From Malacoraja senta (taxonomy: Eukaryota): a DNA stretch of 64,000 bases. Numbering within the stretch: position 1 is the first letter of the stretch; the number at the start of each line of letters is the position of its first letter. Where the stretch lies: NCBI GenBank assembly GCA_038087875.1, contig JAXLNO010000278.1:1-64000 (forward strand). The letters run 5' to 3'. This document shows, in pieces, positions 26,701-40,590 of this stretch. A model generated the notes under the pieces. The model was not told the origin of the DNA. It did not search any database and saw only the letters and a program-made list of their open reading frames with translations. The position numbers and the translations under genes are program-made.

Positions 26701-29700
26701 CAAGGTCGCCATAAATCCGGCAAGGTCGCCACATATTCGGCAAGGTCGCCATATATCCGGCAAGGACGCCATATATTCGGCAAGATCGCCACAAATCCGG
26801 CAAGGTTGCCATATTTCCGGCAAGGTCGCCATAAATCCGGAAAGGTCTCCACAAATCCGGCAAGGTCGCCATATTTCCGACGTGGTCGCCATAAATGCGG
26901 CAAGGTGGACACAAATCCGACAAGGTCGCCATAAATCCGGCAAGGTCGCCACATTTCCGGCAAGGACGCCATAAATCTGGCAAGGTCGGCACAAATCCGG
27001 CAAGGTCGCCACATCCCGGCAAGGTCGCCATATTTCCTGCAAGGTCGCCATAAATCCGGCAATGTCGCCACAAATGCGGCAAGGTCGCCATATTTCCGGC
27101 AAGCTCGCCATAAATCGGGCAAGGTCGCCACAAATGCGTCAAGGTCGACATATTTCCGGCAAGGTCGCCATAAATCCGGTAAGGTCGCCATAAATCCGGC
27201 AAGGTCGCCACAAATCCGGCAAGGTCGCCACTAATCCGGCAAGGTCGCCATAAATCCGCAAGGTCGCCATAAATCCCGCAAAGTCGCCATATATCCGGCA
27301 AGGACGCCATATATCCGGCAAGGTCGCCACAAATCCGGCAAGTTGCCATATTCCCGGCAAAGTCGCCATAAATCCGGCAAGGTCTCCACAAATCCGGAAA
27401 GGACGCCATATTTCCGACATGGTCGTCATAAATCCGGCAAGGTGGCCACAAATCCGACAAGGTAGCCATATTTCCGGCAAGTTCGCCATAAATCCGGCAT
27501 GGTGGCCACAAATCAGGGAAGGTCGCCATAAATCCGGCAAGGTCGCCACATTTCCGGCATGGACGCCATAAATCCGGCAAGGTCGGCACAAATCCGGCAA
27601 GGTCGCCACATTCCCGGCAAGGTCGCCATATTTCCTGCAAGGTCGCCACAAATGCGTCAAGGTCGACATATTTCCGGCAAGGTCGCCATAAATCCGGCAA
27701 GGTCGCCATCATTCCGGCAAGTTCGCCATAAATACGGCATGGTGGCCACAAATCAGGGAAGGTCGCCATATTTCCGGCAAAGTCGCCATAAATCCGGCAA
27801 GGTCGCCATAAATCCGGCAAGGTCGCCACAAATCCGGCAAGGTCGCTACTATAAATCCGGCAAGGTCGCCATAAATCCGGCAAAGTCGCCATATTTCAGG
27901 CAAGGTCGCCATAAATCCGGCAAGGTCGCCACAAATTCGGCAAGGTCGCCATATATCCGGCAAGGACGCCATATATCCGGCAAGGTCTCCACAAATCCGG
28001 CAAGGTTGCCATATTTCCGGCAAGGTCGCCATAAATCCGGAAAGGTCTCCACAAATCCGGCAAGGTCGCCATATTTCCGACATGGTCGTCATAAATCCGG
28101 CAAGGTGGCCACAAATCCGACATGGTAGCCATATTTCCGGCAAGTTCGCCATAAATCCGGCATGGTGGCGACAAATCAGGGAAGGTCGCCATATTTCCGG
28201 CAAAGTCGCCATAAATCCGGCAAGGTCGCCATAAATCCGGCAAGGTCGCCACAAATCCGGCAAGGTCGCCATAAATCCGGCAAGGTCGCCATATATCAGG
28301 CAAAGTCGCCATATTTCTGGCAAGGTCGCCATAAATCCGGCAAGGTCGCCACAAATTCGGCAAGGTCGCCATATATCCGGCAAGGACGCCATATATCCGG
28401 CAAGGTCGCCACAAATCCGGCAAGGTTGCCATATTTCCGGCAAGGTCGCCATAAATCCGGAAAGGTCTCCACAAATCCGGCAAGGTCGCCATATTTCCGA
28501 CGTGGTCGTCATAAATCCGGCAAGGTGGCCACAAATCCGACATGGTAGCCATATTCCCGGCAAGTTCGCCATAAATCCGGCATGGTGGCCACAAATCAGG
28601 GAAGGTCGCCATATTCCCGGCAAAGTCGCCATAAATCCGGCAAGGTCGCCATAAATACGGCAAGGTCGCCACAAATGCGTCAAGCTCGACATATTTCCGG
28701 CAAGGTCGCCATAAATCCGGCAAGGTTGCCATATTTCCGGCAAGGTCGCCATAAATCCGGCAAGGTCGCCACAAATCCGGCAAGGTTGCCATATTTCCGG
28801 CAAGGTCGCCATAAATCCGGAAAGGTCTCCTCAAATCCGGCAAAGTCGCCATATTTCCGGCAAGGTCGCCATAAATCCGGCAAGGTCGCCACAAATCCGG
28901 CAAGGTCGCCACATTTGCGGCAACGTCGCCATAAATCCGGCAAGGTCGCCACAAATCCGGCAAGGTCGCCACATCCCCGGCAAGGTCGCCATAAATCCGG
29001 CAAGGTCGCCACAAACCCGTCAAGGTCGCCACATTTCAGGCAAGGTCGCCGCAATTCCGGCAACGTCGCCATAAATGCGGCAAGGTGGACACAAATCCGA
29101 CAAGGTCGCCATAAATCCGGCAAGGTCGCCACATTTCCGGCAAGGACGCCATATATCCGGCAAGGTCGGCACAAATCCGGCAAGGTCGCCACAATCCCGG
29201 CAAGGTCGCCATATTTCCTGCATGGTCGCCATAAATCCGGCAATGTCGCCACAAATGCGGCAAGGTCGCCATATTTCCGGCAAGCTCGCCATAAATCCGG
29301 CAAGGTCGCCACAAATGCGTCAAGGTCGACATATTTCCGGCAAGGTCGCCATAAATCCGGCAAGGTGGCCACAAATCCGACATGGTAGCCATATTTCCGG
29401 CAAGTTCGCCATAAATCCGGCATGGTGGCGACAAATCAGGGAAGGTCGCCATATTTCCGGCAAAGTCGCCATAAATCCGGCAAGGTCGCCATAAATCCGG
29501 CAAGGTCGCCACAAATCCGGCAAGGTCGCCATAAATGCGGCAAGGTCGCCATATATCAGGCAAAGTCGCCATATTTCTGGCAAGGTCGCCATAAATCAGG
29601 CAAGGTCGCCACAAATTCGGCAAGGTCGCCATATATCCGGCAAGGACGCCATATATCCGGCAAGGTCGCCACAAATGCGTCAAGGTTGCCATATTTCCGG

Positions 29701-32700
29701 CAAGGTCGCGATAAATCCGGAAAGGTCTCCACAAATCCGGCAAGGTCGCCATATTTCCGACGAGGACGCCATATATCCGGCAAGGTCGCCACAAATCCGG
29801 CAAGGTTGCCATATTTCCGGCAAGGTCGCCATATTTCCGGCAAGGTCGCCATAAATCCGGCAAGGTCGCCACAAATCCGGCAAGGTCGCCACATCCCCGG
29901 CAAGGTCGCCATAAATCCGGCAAGGTCGCCACAAATCCGTCAAGGTCGCCACATTTCAAGCAAGGTCGCCGCATTTCCGGCAACGTCGCCATAAATGCGG
30001 CAAAGTGGACACAAATCCGACAAGGTCGCCATAAATCCGGCAAGGTCGCCACATTTCCGGCAAGGACGCCATAAATCCGGCAAGGTCGGCACAAATCCGG
30101 CAAGGTCGCCACAATCCCGGCAAGGTCGCCATATTTCCTGCAAGGTCGCCATAAATCCGGCAATGTCGCCACAAATGCGGCAAGGTCGCCATATTTCCGG
30201 CAAGCACGCCATAAATCCGGCAAGGTCGCCACAAATGCGTCAAGGTCGACATATTTCCGGCAAGGTCGCCATAAATCCGGCAAGGTGGCCACAAATCCGA
30301 CATGGTAGCCATATTCCCGGCAAGTTCGCCATAAATCCGGCATGGTGACCACAAATCAGGGAAGGTCGCCATATTTCCGGCAAAGTCGCCATAAATCCGG
30401 CATGGTCGCCATAAATACGGCAAGGTCGCCACAAATGCGTCAAGGTCGACATATTTCCGGCAAGGTCGCCATAAATCCGGCAAGGACGCCATATATCCGG
30501 CAAGGTCGCCACAAATCCGGCAAGGTTGCCATATTTCCGGCAAGGTCGCCATAAATCCGGAAAGGTCTCCACAAATCCGGCAAAGTCGCCATATTTCCGG
30601 CAAGGTCGCCATAAATCCGGCAAGGTCGCCACAAATCCGGCAAGGTCGCCACGTTTGCGGCAACGTCGCCATAAATCCGGCAAGGTCGCCACAAATCCGG
30701 CAAGGTCGCCACATCCCCGGCAAGGTCGCCATAAATCCGGCAAGGTCGCCACAAATCCGTCAAGGTCCCACATTTCAGGCAAGGTCGCCGCATTTCCGGC
30801 AACGTCGCCATAAATGCGGCAAGGTGGACACAAATCCGACAAGGTCGCCATAAATCCGGCAAGGTCGCCACATTTCCGGCAAGGACGCCATAAATCCGGC
30901 AAGGTCGGCACAAATCCGGCAAGGTCGCCACAATCCCGGCAAGGTCGCCATATTTCCTGCAAGGTCGCCACAAATCCGGCAAGGTCGCCACATTTGCGGC
31001 AACGTCGCCATAAATCCGGCAAGGTCGCCACAAATCCGGCAAGGTCGCCACATCCCCGGCAAGGTCGCCATAAATCCGGCAAGGTCGCCACAAATCCGTC
31101 AAGGTCGCCACATTTCAGGCAAGGTCGCCGCATTTCCGGCAACGTCGCCATAAATGCGGCAAGGTGGACACAAATCCGACAAGGTCGCCATAAATCCGGC
31201 AAGGTCGCCACATTTCCGGCAAGGACGCCATAAATCCGGCAAGGTCGGCACAAATCCGGCAAGGTCGCCACAATCCCGGCAAGGTCGCCATATTTCCTGC
31301 AAGGTCGCCATAAATCCGGCAATGTCGCCACAAACGCGGCAAGGTCGCCATATTTCCGGCAAGCTCGCCATAAATGCGGCAAGGTCGCCACAAATGCGTC
31401 AAGGTCGACATATTTCCGGCAAGGTCGCCATAAATCCGGCAAGGTGGCCACAAATCCGACATGGTAGCCATATTTCCGGCAAGTTCGCCATAAATCCGGC
31501 ATGGTGGCGACAAATCAGGGAAGGTCGCCATATTTCCGGCAAAGTCGCCATAAATCCGGCAAGGTCGCCATAAATCCGGCAAGGTCGCCACAAATCCGGC
31601 AAGGTCGCCATAAATCAGGCAAGGTCGCCATATATCAGGCAAAGTCGCCATATTTCTGGCAAGGTCGCCATAAATCCGGAAAGGTCGCCACAAATTCGGC
31701 AAGGTCGCCATATATCCGGCAAGGACGCCATATATCCGGCAAGGTCGCCACAAATGCGTCAAGGTTGCCATATTTCCGGCAAGGTCGCGATAAATCCGGA
31801 AAGGTCTCCACAAATCCGGCAAGGTCGCCATATTTCCGACGTGGTCGTCATAAATCCGGCAAGGTGGCTACAAATCCGACATGGTAGCCATATTCCCGGC
31901 AAGTTCGCCATAAATCCGGCATGGTGGCCACAAATCAGGGAAGGTCGCCATATTTCCGGCAAAGTCGCCATAAATCCGGCAAGGTCGCCATAAATACGGC
32001 AAGGTCGCCACAAATGCGTCAAGGTCGACATATTTCCGGCAAGGTCGCCATAAATCCGGCAAGGACGCCATATATCCGGCAAGGTCGCCACAAATCCGGC
32101 AAGGTTGCCATATTTCCGGCAAGGTCGCCATAAATCCGGAAAGGTCTCCACAAATCCGGCAAAGTCGCCATATTTCCGGCAAGGTCGCCATAAATCCGGC
32201 AAGGTCGCCACAAATCCGGCAAGGTCGCCACATTTGCGGCAACGTCGCCATAAATCCGGCAAGGTCGCCACAAATCCGGCAAGGTCGCCACATCCCCGGC
32301 AAGGTCGCCATAAATCCGGCAAGGTCACCACAAATCCGTCAAGGTCGCCACATTTCAGGCAAGGTCGCCGCATTTCCGGCAACGTCGCCATAAATGCGGC
32401 AAGGTGGACACAAATCCGACAAGGTCGCCATAAATCCGGCAAGGTCGCCACAAATGCGGCAAGGTCGACATATTTCCGGCAAGGTCGCCATAAATCCGGC
32501 AAGGTCGCCATAAATCCGGCAAGGTCGCCACAAATCCGGCAAAGTCGCCACTAATCCGGCAAGGTCGCCATAAATCCGCAAGGTCGCCATAAATCCCGCA
32601 AAGTCGCCATATTTCAGGCAAGGTCGCCATAAATCCGGCAAGGTCGCCACAAATTCGGCAAGGTCGCCATACATCCGGCAAGGACGCCATATATCCGGCA

Positions 32701-35700
32701 AGGTCGCCACAAATCCGGCAAGGATGCCATATTTCCGGCAAGGTCGCCATAAATCCGGCAAGGTCGCCACATTTCCGGCATGGACGCCATAAATCCGGCA
32801 AGGTCGGCACAAATCCGGCAAGGTCGCCACATTCCCGGCAAGGTCGCCATATTTCCTGCAAGGTCGCCATAAATCCGGCAATGTCGCCACAAATGCGGCA
32901 AGGTCGCCATATTTCCGGCAAGCTCGCCATAAATCCGGCAAGGTCGCCACAAATGCGTCAAGGTCGACATATTTCCGGCAAGGTCGCCATAAATCCGGCA
33001 AGGTCGCCATCATTCCGGCAAGTTCGCCATAAATCCGGCATGGTGGCCACAAATCAGGGAAGGTCGCCATATTTCCGGCAAAGTCGCCATAAATCCGGCA
33101 AGGTCGCCATAAATACGGCAAGGTCGCCATAAATCCGGCAAAGTCGCCATATTTCAGGCAAGGTCGCCATAAATCCGGCAAGGTCGCCACAAATTCGGCA
33201 AGGTCGCCATATATCCGGCAAGGACGCCATATATCCGGCAAGGTCGCCACAAATCCGGCAAGGTCGCCATAAATCCGGAAAGGTCTCCACAAATCCGGCA
33301 AGGTCGCCATATTTCCGACAGTCGTCATAAATCCGGCAAGGTGGCCACAAATCCGACATGGTAGCCATATTTCCGGCAAGTTCGCCATAAATCCGGCATG
33401 GTGGCCACAAATCAGGGAAGGTCGCCATATTTCCGGCAAAGTCGCCATAAATCCGGCAAGGTCGCCATAAATCCGGCAAGGTCGCCACAAATCCGGCAAG
33501 GTCGCCATAAATCCGGCAAGGTCGCCATATATCCGGCAAAGTCGCCATATTTCAGGCAAGGTCGCCATAAATCCGGCAAGGTCGCCACAAATTCGGCAAA
33601 GTCGCCATATACCCGGCAAGGACGCCATATTTCCGGCAAGGTCGCCAGAAATCCGGCAAGGTTGCCATATTTCCGGCAAGGTCGCCATATATCCGAAAAG
33701 GTCTCCACAAATCCGGCAAGGTCGCCATATTTCCGACGTGGTCGTCATAAATCCGGCAAGGTGGCCACAAATCCGACATGGTAGCCATATTTCCGGCGTT
33801 CGCCATAAATCCGGCATGGTGGCCACAAATCAGGGAAGGTCGCCATATTTCCGGCAAAGTCGCCATAAATCCGGCAAGGTCGCAATAAATCCGGCAAGGT
33901 CGCCACAAATGCGTCAAGGTCGACATATATCCGGCAAGGTCGCCATAAATCCGGCAAGGTCGCCATAAATCCGGCAAGGTCGCCACATATCCGGCAAGGT
34001 CGCCACTAATCCGGCAAGGTCGCCATAAATCCGCAAGGTCGCCATAAATCCGGCAAAGTCGCCATATTTCAGGCAAGGTCGCCATAAATCCGGCAAGGTC
34101 GCCACAAATTCGGCAAGGTCGCCATATATCCGGCAAGGACGCCATATTTCCGGCAAGGTCGCCAGAATCCGGCAAGGTTGCCATATTTCCGGCAAGGTCG
34201 CCATAAATCCGGCAAGGTCTCCTCAAATCCGGCAAGGTCGCCATATTTCCGACATGGTCGTCATAAATCCGGCAAGGTGGCCACAAATCCGACAAGGTAG
34301 CCATATTTCCGGCAAGTTCGCCATAAATCCGGCATGGTGGCCACAAATCAGGGAAGGTCGCCATAAATCCGGCAAGGTCGCCACATTTCCGGCATGGACG
34401 CCATAAATCCGGCAAGGTCGGCACAAATCCGGCAAGGTCGCCACATTCCTGGCAAGGTCGCCATATTTCCTGCAAGGTCGCCATAAATCCGGCAATGTCG
34501 CCACAAATGAGGCAAGGTCGCCATATTTCCGGCAAGCTCGCCATAAATCCGGCAAGTTCGCCACAAATGCGTCAAGGTCCACATATTGCCGGCAAGGTCG
34601 CCATAAATCCGGCAAGGTCCCCACAAATTCGGCAAGGTCGCCATATATCCGGCAAGGACGCCATATATCCGGCAAGGTCGCCACAAATCCGGCAAGGTTG
34701 CCATATTTCCGGCAAGGTCGCCACAAATCCGGCAAGGTCTCCACAAATCCGGGAAGGTCGCCATATTTCCGACATGGTCGTCATAAATCCGGCATGGTGG
34801 CCACAAATCCGACAAGGTAGCCATATTTATGGCAAGTTCGCCATAAATCCGGCATGGTGGCCACAAATCAGGGAAGGTCGCCACAAATCCGGCAAGGTCG
34901 CCACATTTCCGGCATGGACGCCATAAATCCGGCAAGGTTCGGCACAAATCCGGCAAGGTCGCCACATTCCCGGCAAGGTCGCCATATTTCCTGCAAGGTC
35001 GCCATAAATCCGGCAATGTCGCCACAAATGAGGCAAGGTCGCCATATTTCCGGCAAGCTCGCCATAAATCCGGCAAGGTCGCCACAAATGCGTCAAGGTC
35101 GACATATTTCCGGCAAGGTCGCCATAAATCTGGCAATGTCGCCACAAATCCGACATGGTAGCCATATTTCCGGCAAGTTCGCCATAAATCCGGCATGGTG
35201 GCCACAAATCAGGGAAGGTCGCCATATTTCCGGCAAAGTCGCTATAAATCCGGCAAGGTCGCAATAAATCCGGCAAGGTCGCCACAAATGCGTCAAGGTC
35301 GACATATATCCGGCAAGGTGGCCATAAATCCGGCAAGGTCGCCATAAATCCGGCAAGGTCGCCACATATCCGGCAAGGTCGCCACTAATCCGGCAAGGTC
35401 GCCATAAATCCGCAAGGTCGCCATAAATCCGGCAAAGTCGCCATATTTCAGGCAAGGTCGCCATAAATCCGGCAAGGTCGCCACAAATTCGGCAAGGTCG
35501 CCATATATCCGGCAAGGACGCCATATTTCCGGCAAGGTCGCCATAAATCCGGCAAGGTTGCCATATTTCCGGCAAGGTCGCCATAAATCCGACAAGGTCT
35601 CCTCAAATCCGGCAAGGTCGCCATATTTCCGACATGGTCGTCATAAATCCGGCAAGGTGGCCACAAATCCGACAAGGTAGCCATATTTCCGGCAAGTTCG

Positions 35701-36792
35701 CCATAAATCCGGCATGGTGGCCACAAATCAGGGAAGGTCGCCATAAATCCGGCAAGGTCGCCACATTTCCGGCATGGACGCCATAAATCCGGCAAGGTCG
35801 GCACAAATCCGGGAAGGTCGCCACATTCCTGGCAAGGTCGCCATATTTCCTGCAAGGTCGCCATAAATCCGGCAATGTCGCAACAAATGAGGCAAGGTCG
35901 CCATATTTCCGGCAAGCTCGCCATAAATCCGGCAAGTTCGCCACAAATGCGTCAAGGTCCACATATTGCCGGCAAGGTCGCCATAAATCCGGCAAGGTCC
36001 CCACAAATTCGGCAAGGTCGCCATATATCCGGCAAGGACGCCATATATCCGGCAAGGTCGCCACAAATCCGGCAAGGTTGCCATATTTCCGGCAAGGTCG
36101 CCACAAATCCGGCAAGGTCTCCACAAATCCGGCAAGGTCGCCATATTTCCGACATGGTCGTCATAAATCCGGCATGGTGGCCACAAATCCGACAAGGTAG
36201 CCATATTTATGGCAAGTTCGCCATAAATCCGGCATGCAGGCCACAAATCAGGGAAGGTCGCCACAAATCCGGCAAGGTCGGCACATTTCCGGCATGGACG
36301 CCATATTTCCTGCAAGGTCGCCATAAATCCGGCAATGTCGCCACAAATGAGGCAAGGTCGCCATATTTCCGGCAAGCTCGCCATAAATCTGGCAAGGTCG
36401 CCACAAATGCGTCAAGGTCGACATATTTCCGGCAAGGTCTCCATAAATCTGGCAATGTCGCCACAAATCCGGCAAGGTAGCCATAAATCCGGCAAGGTCG
36501 CCATAAATCCGGCAAAGTCGCCATATTTCAGGCAAGGTCGCCATAAATCCGGCAAGGTCTCCACAGATCCGGCAAGGTCGCCATGTTTCCGACATGGTCG
36601 TCATAAATCCGGCAAAGTCGCCATATTTCACGCAAGGTCGCCATAAATCCGGCAAGGTCGCCACAAATTCGGCAAGGTCGCCATATATCCGACAAGGACG
36701 CCTTATATCCGGCAAGGTCGCCACAAATCCGGCAAGGTTGTCATATTTCCGGCAAGGTCGCCATAAATCCGGCAAGGTCGCCACAAATTCGG
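14771..36792. repeat. Near-identical tandem duplication of about 11.01 kb (14,771-25,782 and 25,783-36,792)
   Basis: The offset stays at 11,009-11,012 across the whole span (15532/26542, 16884/27896, 20909/31921, 23562/34572, 25584/36594). At about 25,783 the sequence jumps back to that at about 14,771 (CAAGGTCGACATATTTCC...ATCTGGCAATG...ATACATCC). Confidence 0.92.
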
Positions 36793-38829
36793 CAAGGTCG
36801 CCATATTTCCGGCAAGGTCGCCATAAATCCGGCAAGGTCGCCATAAATCCGGCAAAGTCGCCATATTTCAGGCAAGGTCGACATAAATCCGGCAAGGTCG
36901 CCACATTCCCGGCAAGGTCGCCATATTTCCTGCAAGGTCGCCATAAATCCGGCAATGTCGCCACAAATGAGGCAAGATCGCCATATTTCCGGCAAGCTCG
37001 CTATAAATCAGGCAAGGTCGCCACAAATGCGTCAAGGTCGACATATTTCCGGCAAGGTCGCCATAAATCCAGCAAGGTCGCCACAAATCCGGAAAGGTCG
37101 CCATAAATCCGGCAAGGTCGCCATAAATCCGGCAAGGTCGCCACAAATCCGGCAAGGTCGCCATATTTCCGGCAAGGCCGCCATAAATCCGGCAAGGTCG
37201 CCATAAATCCGGCAAAGTCGCCATATTTCAGGCAAGGTCGACATAAATCCGGCAAGATCGCCACATTCCCGGCAAGGTCGCCATATTTCCTGCAAGGTCG
37301 CCATAAATCCGGCAATGTCGCCACAAATGAGGCAAGATCGCCATATTTCCGGCAAGCTCGCTATAAATCCGGCAAGGTCGCCACAAATGCGTCAAGGTCG
37401 ACATATTTCCGGCAAGGTCGCCATAAATCCAGCAAGGTCGCCACAAATCCGGAAAGGTCGCCATAAATCCGGCAAGGTCGCCATAAATCCGGCAAGGTCG
37501 CCACAAATTCGGCAAGGTCGCCATATTTCCGGCAAGGTCGCCATAAATCCGGCAAGGTCGCCATAAATCCGGCAAAGTCGCCATATTTCAGGCAAGGTCG
37601 CCATAAATCCGGCATGGTGGCCACAAATCAGGGAAGGTCGCCATATTTCCGGCAATGTCGCCATAAATCCGGCAAGGTGGCCACAAATCCGACAAGGTAG
37701 CCATATTTCCGGCAAGTTCGCCATAAATCCGGCATGGTGGCCACAAATCAGGGAAGGTCGCCATAAATCCGGCAAGGTCGCCACATTTCCGGCATGGACG
37801 CCATAAATCCGGCAAGGTCGGCACAAATCCGGCAAGGTCGCCACATTCCTGGCAAGGTCGCCATATTTCCTGCAAGGTCGCCATAAATCCGGCAATGTCG
37901 CCACAAATGAGGCAAGGTCGCCATATTTCCGGCAAGCTCGCCATAAATCCGGCAAGGTCGCCACAAATGAGTCATGGTCGACATATTGCCGGCAAGGTCG
38001 CCATAAATCCGGCAAGGTCCACACAAATTCGGCAAGGTCGCCATATATCCGGCAAGGACGCCATTTATCCGGCAAGGTCGCCACAAATCCGGCAAGGTTG
38101 CCATATTTCCGGCAAGGTCGCCACAAATCCGGCAAGGTCTCCACAAATCCGGCAAGGTCGCCATATTTCCGACATGGTCGTCATAAATCCGGCATGGTGG
38201 CCACAAATCCGACAAGGTAGCCATATTTATGGCAAGTTCGCCATAAATCCGGCATGGTGGCCACAAATCAGGGAAGGTCGCCACAAATCCGGCAAGGTCG
38301 CCACATTTCCGGCATGGACGCCATAAATCCGGCAAGGTTCGGCACAAATCCGGCAAGGTCGCCACATTCCCGGCAAGGTCGCCATATTTCCTGCAAGGTC
38401 GCCATAAATCCGGCAATGTCGCCACAAATGAGGCAAGGTCGCCATATTTCCGGCAAGCTCGCCATAAATCCGGCAAGGTCGCCACAAATGCGTCAAGGTC
38501 GACATATTTCCGGCAAGGTCGCCATAAATCTGGCAATGTCGCCACAAATCCGGCAAGGTAGCCATAAATCCGGCAAGGTCGCCATAAATCCGGCAATGTC
38601 GCCACAAATGCGGCAAGGTCGCCATATTTCCGGCAAGCTCGCCATAAATCCGGCAAGGTCGCCACAAATGCGTCAAGGTCGACATATTTCCGGCAAGGTC
38701 GCCATAAATCCGGTAAGGTCGCCATAAATACGGCAAGGTCGCCACAAATCCGGCAAGGTCGCCACTAATCCGGCAAGGTCGCCACAAATCCGGCAAGGTC
38801 GCCATATTTCCGGCAAGGTCGCCATAAAT

Positions 38830-40590
38830 CCGGCAAGGTCGCCATAAATCCGGCAAAGTCGCCATATTTCCGGCAAGCTCTCTATATATCCGGCAAGGTC
38901 GCCACAAATGCGTCAAGGTCGACATATTTCCGGCAAGGTCGCCATAAATCCAGCAAGGTCGCCACCAATCCGGAAAGGTCGCCATAAATCCGGCAAGGTC
39001 GCCATAAATCCGGCAAGGTCGCCACAAATTCGGCAAGGTCGCCATATTTCCGGCAAGGTCGCCATAAATCCGGCAAGGTCGCCATAAATCCGGCAAAGTC
39101 GCCATATTTCAGGCAAGGTCGCCATAAATCCGGCAAGGTCGCCACAAATTCGGGAAGGTCGCCATATATCCGACAAGGACGCCATATATTCGGCAAGGTC
39201 GCCACAAATCCGGCAAGGTTGCCATATTTCCGGCAAGGTGGCCATAAATCCGACAAGGTCTCCACCAATCCGGCAAGGTCGCCATATTTCCGACATGGTC
39301 CTCATAAATCCGGCAAGGTGGCCACAAATCCGACATGGTAGCCATATTTCCGGCAAGTTCGCCATAAATCCGGCATGGTGGCCACAAATCAGGGAAGGTC
39401 GCCATATTTCCGGCAATGTCGCCATAAATCCGGCAAGGTGGCCACAAATCCGACAAGGTAGCCATATTTCCGGCAAGTTCGCCATAAATCCGGCATGGTG
39501 GCCACAAATCAGGGAAGGTCGCCATAAATCCGGCAAGGTCGCCACATTTCCGGCATGGACGCCATAAATCCGGCAAGGTCGGCACAAATCCGGCAAGGTC
39601 GCCACATTCCTGGCAAGGTCGCCATATTTCCTGCAAGGTCGCCATAAATCCGGCAATGTCGCCACAAATGAGGCAAGGTCGCCATATTTCCGGCAAGCTC
39701 GCCATAAATCCGGCAAGGTCGCCATAAATCCGGCAAAGTCGCCATATTTCCGGCAAGCTCGCTATATATCCGGCAAGGTCGCCACAAATGCGTCAAGGTC
39801 GACATATTTCCGGCAAGGTCGCCATAAATCCAGCAAGGTCGCCACAAATCCGGAAAGGTCGCCATAAATCCGGCAAGGTCGCCATAAATCCGGCAAGGTC
39901 GCCACAAATTCGGCAAGGTCGCCATATTTCCGGCAAGGTCGCCATAAATCCGGCAAGGTCGCCATAAATCCGGCAAAGTCGCCATATTTCAGGCAAGGTC
40001 GCCATAAATCCGGCAAGGTCGCCACAAATTCGGGAAGGTCGCCATATATCCGACAAGGACGCCATATATTCGGCAAGGTCGCCACAAATCCGGCAAGGTT
40101 GCCATATTTCCGGCAAGGTGGCCATAAATCCGACAAGGTCTCCACCAATCCGGCAAGGTCGCCATATTTCCGACATGGTCCTCATAAATCCGGCAAGGTG
40201 GCCACAAATCCGACATGGTAGCCATATTTCCGGCAAGTTCGCCATAAATCCGGCATGGTGGCCACAAATCAGGGAAGGTCGCCATATTTCCGGCAATGTC
40301 GCCATAAATCCGGCAAGGTGGCCACAAATCCGACAAGGTAGCCATATTTCCGGCAAGTTCGCCATAAATCCGGCATGGTGGCCACAAATCAGGGAAGGTC
40401 GCCATAAATCCGGCAAGGTCGCCACATTTCCGGCATGGACGCCATAAATCCGGCAAGGTCGGCACAAATCCGGCAAGGTCGCCACATTCCTGGCAAGGTC
40501 GCCATATTTCCTGCAAGGTCGCCATAAATCCGGCAATGTCGCCACAAATGAGGCAAGGTCGCCATATTTCCGGCAAGCTCGCCATAAATC
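38830..40590. repeat. 880-bp tandem duplication nested in a unit of about 1.76 kb (combined offset 2,641 bp between about 37.7 kb and 40.4 kb)
   Basis: ORF pairs 38882/39762 and 39238/40118 (offset 880); 37748/40389 and 38227/40868 (offset 2641). The variants TCTCCACCAAT and GGTCCTCAT recur at +880. Confidence 0.82.
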
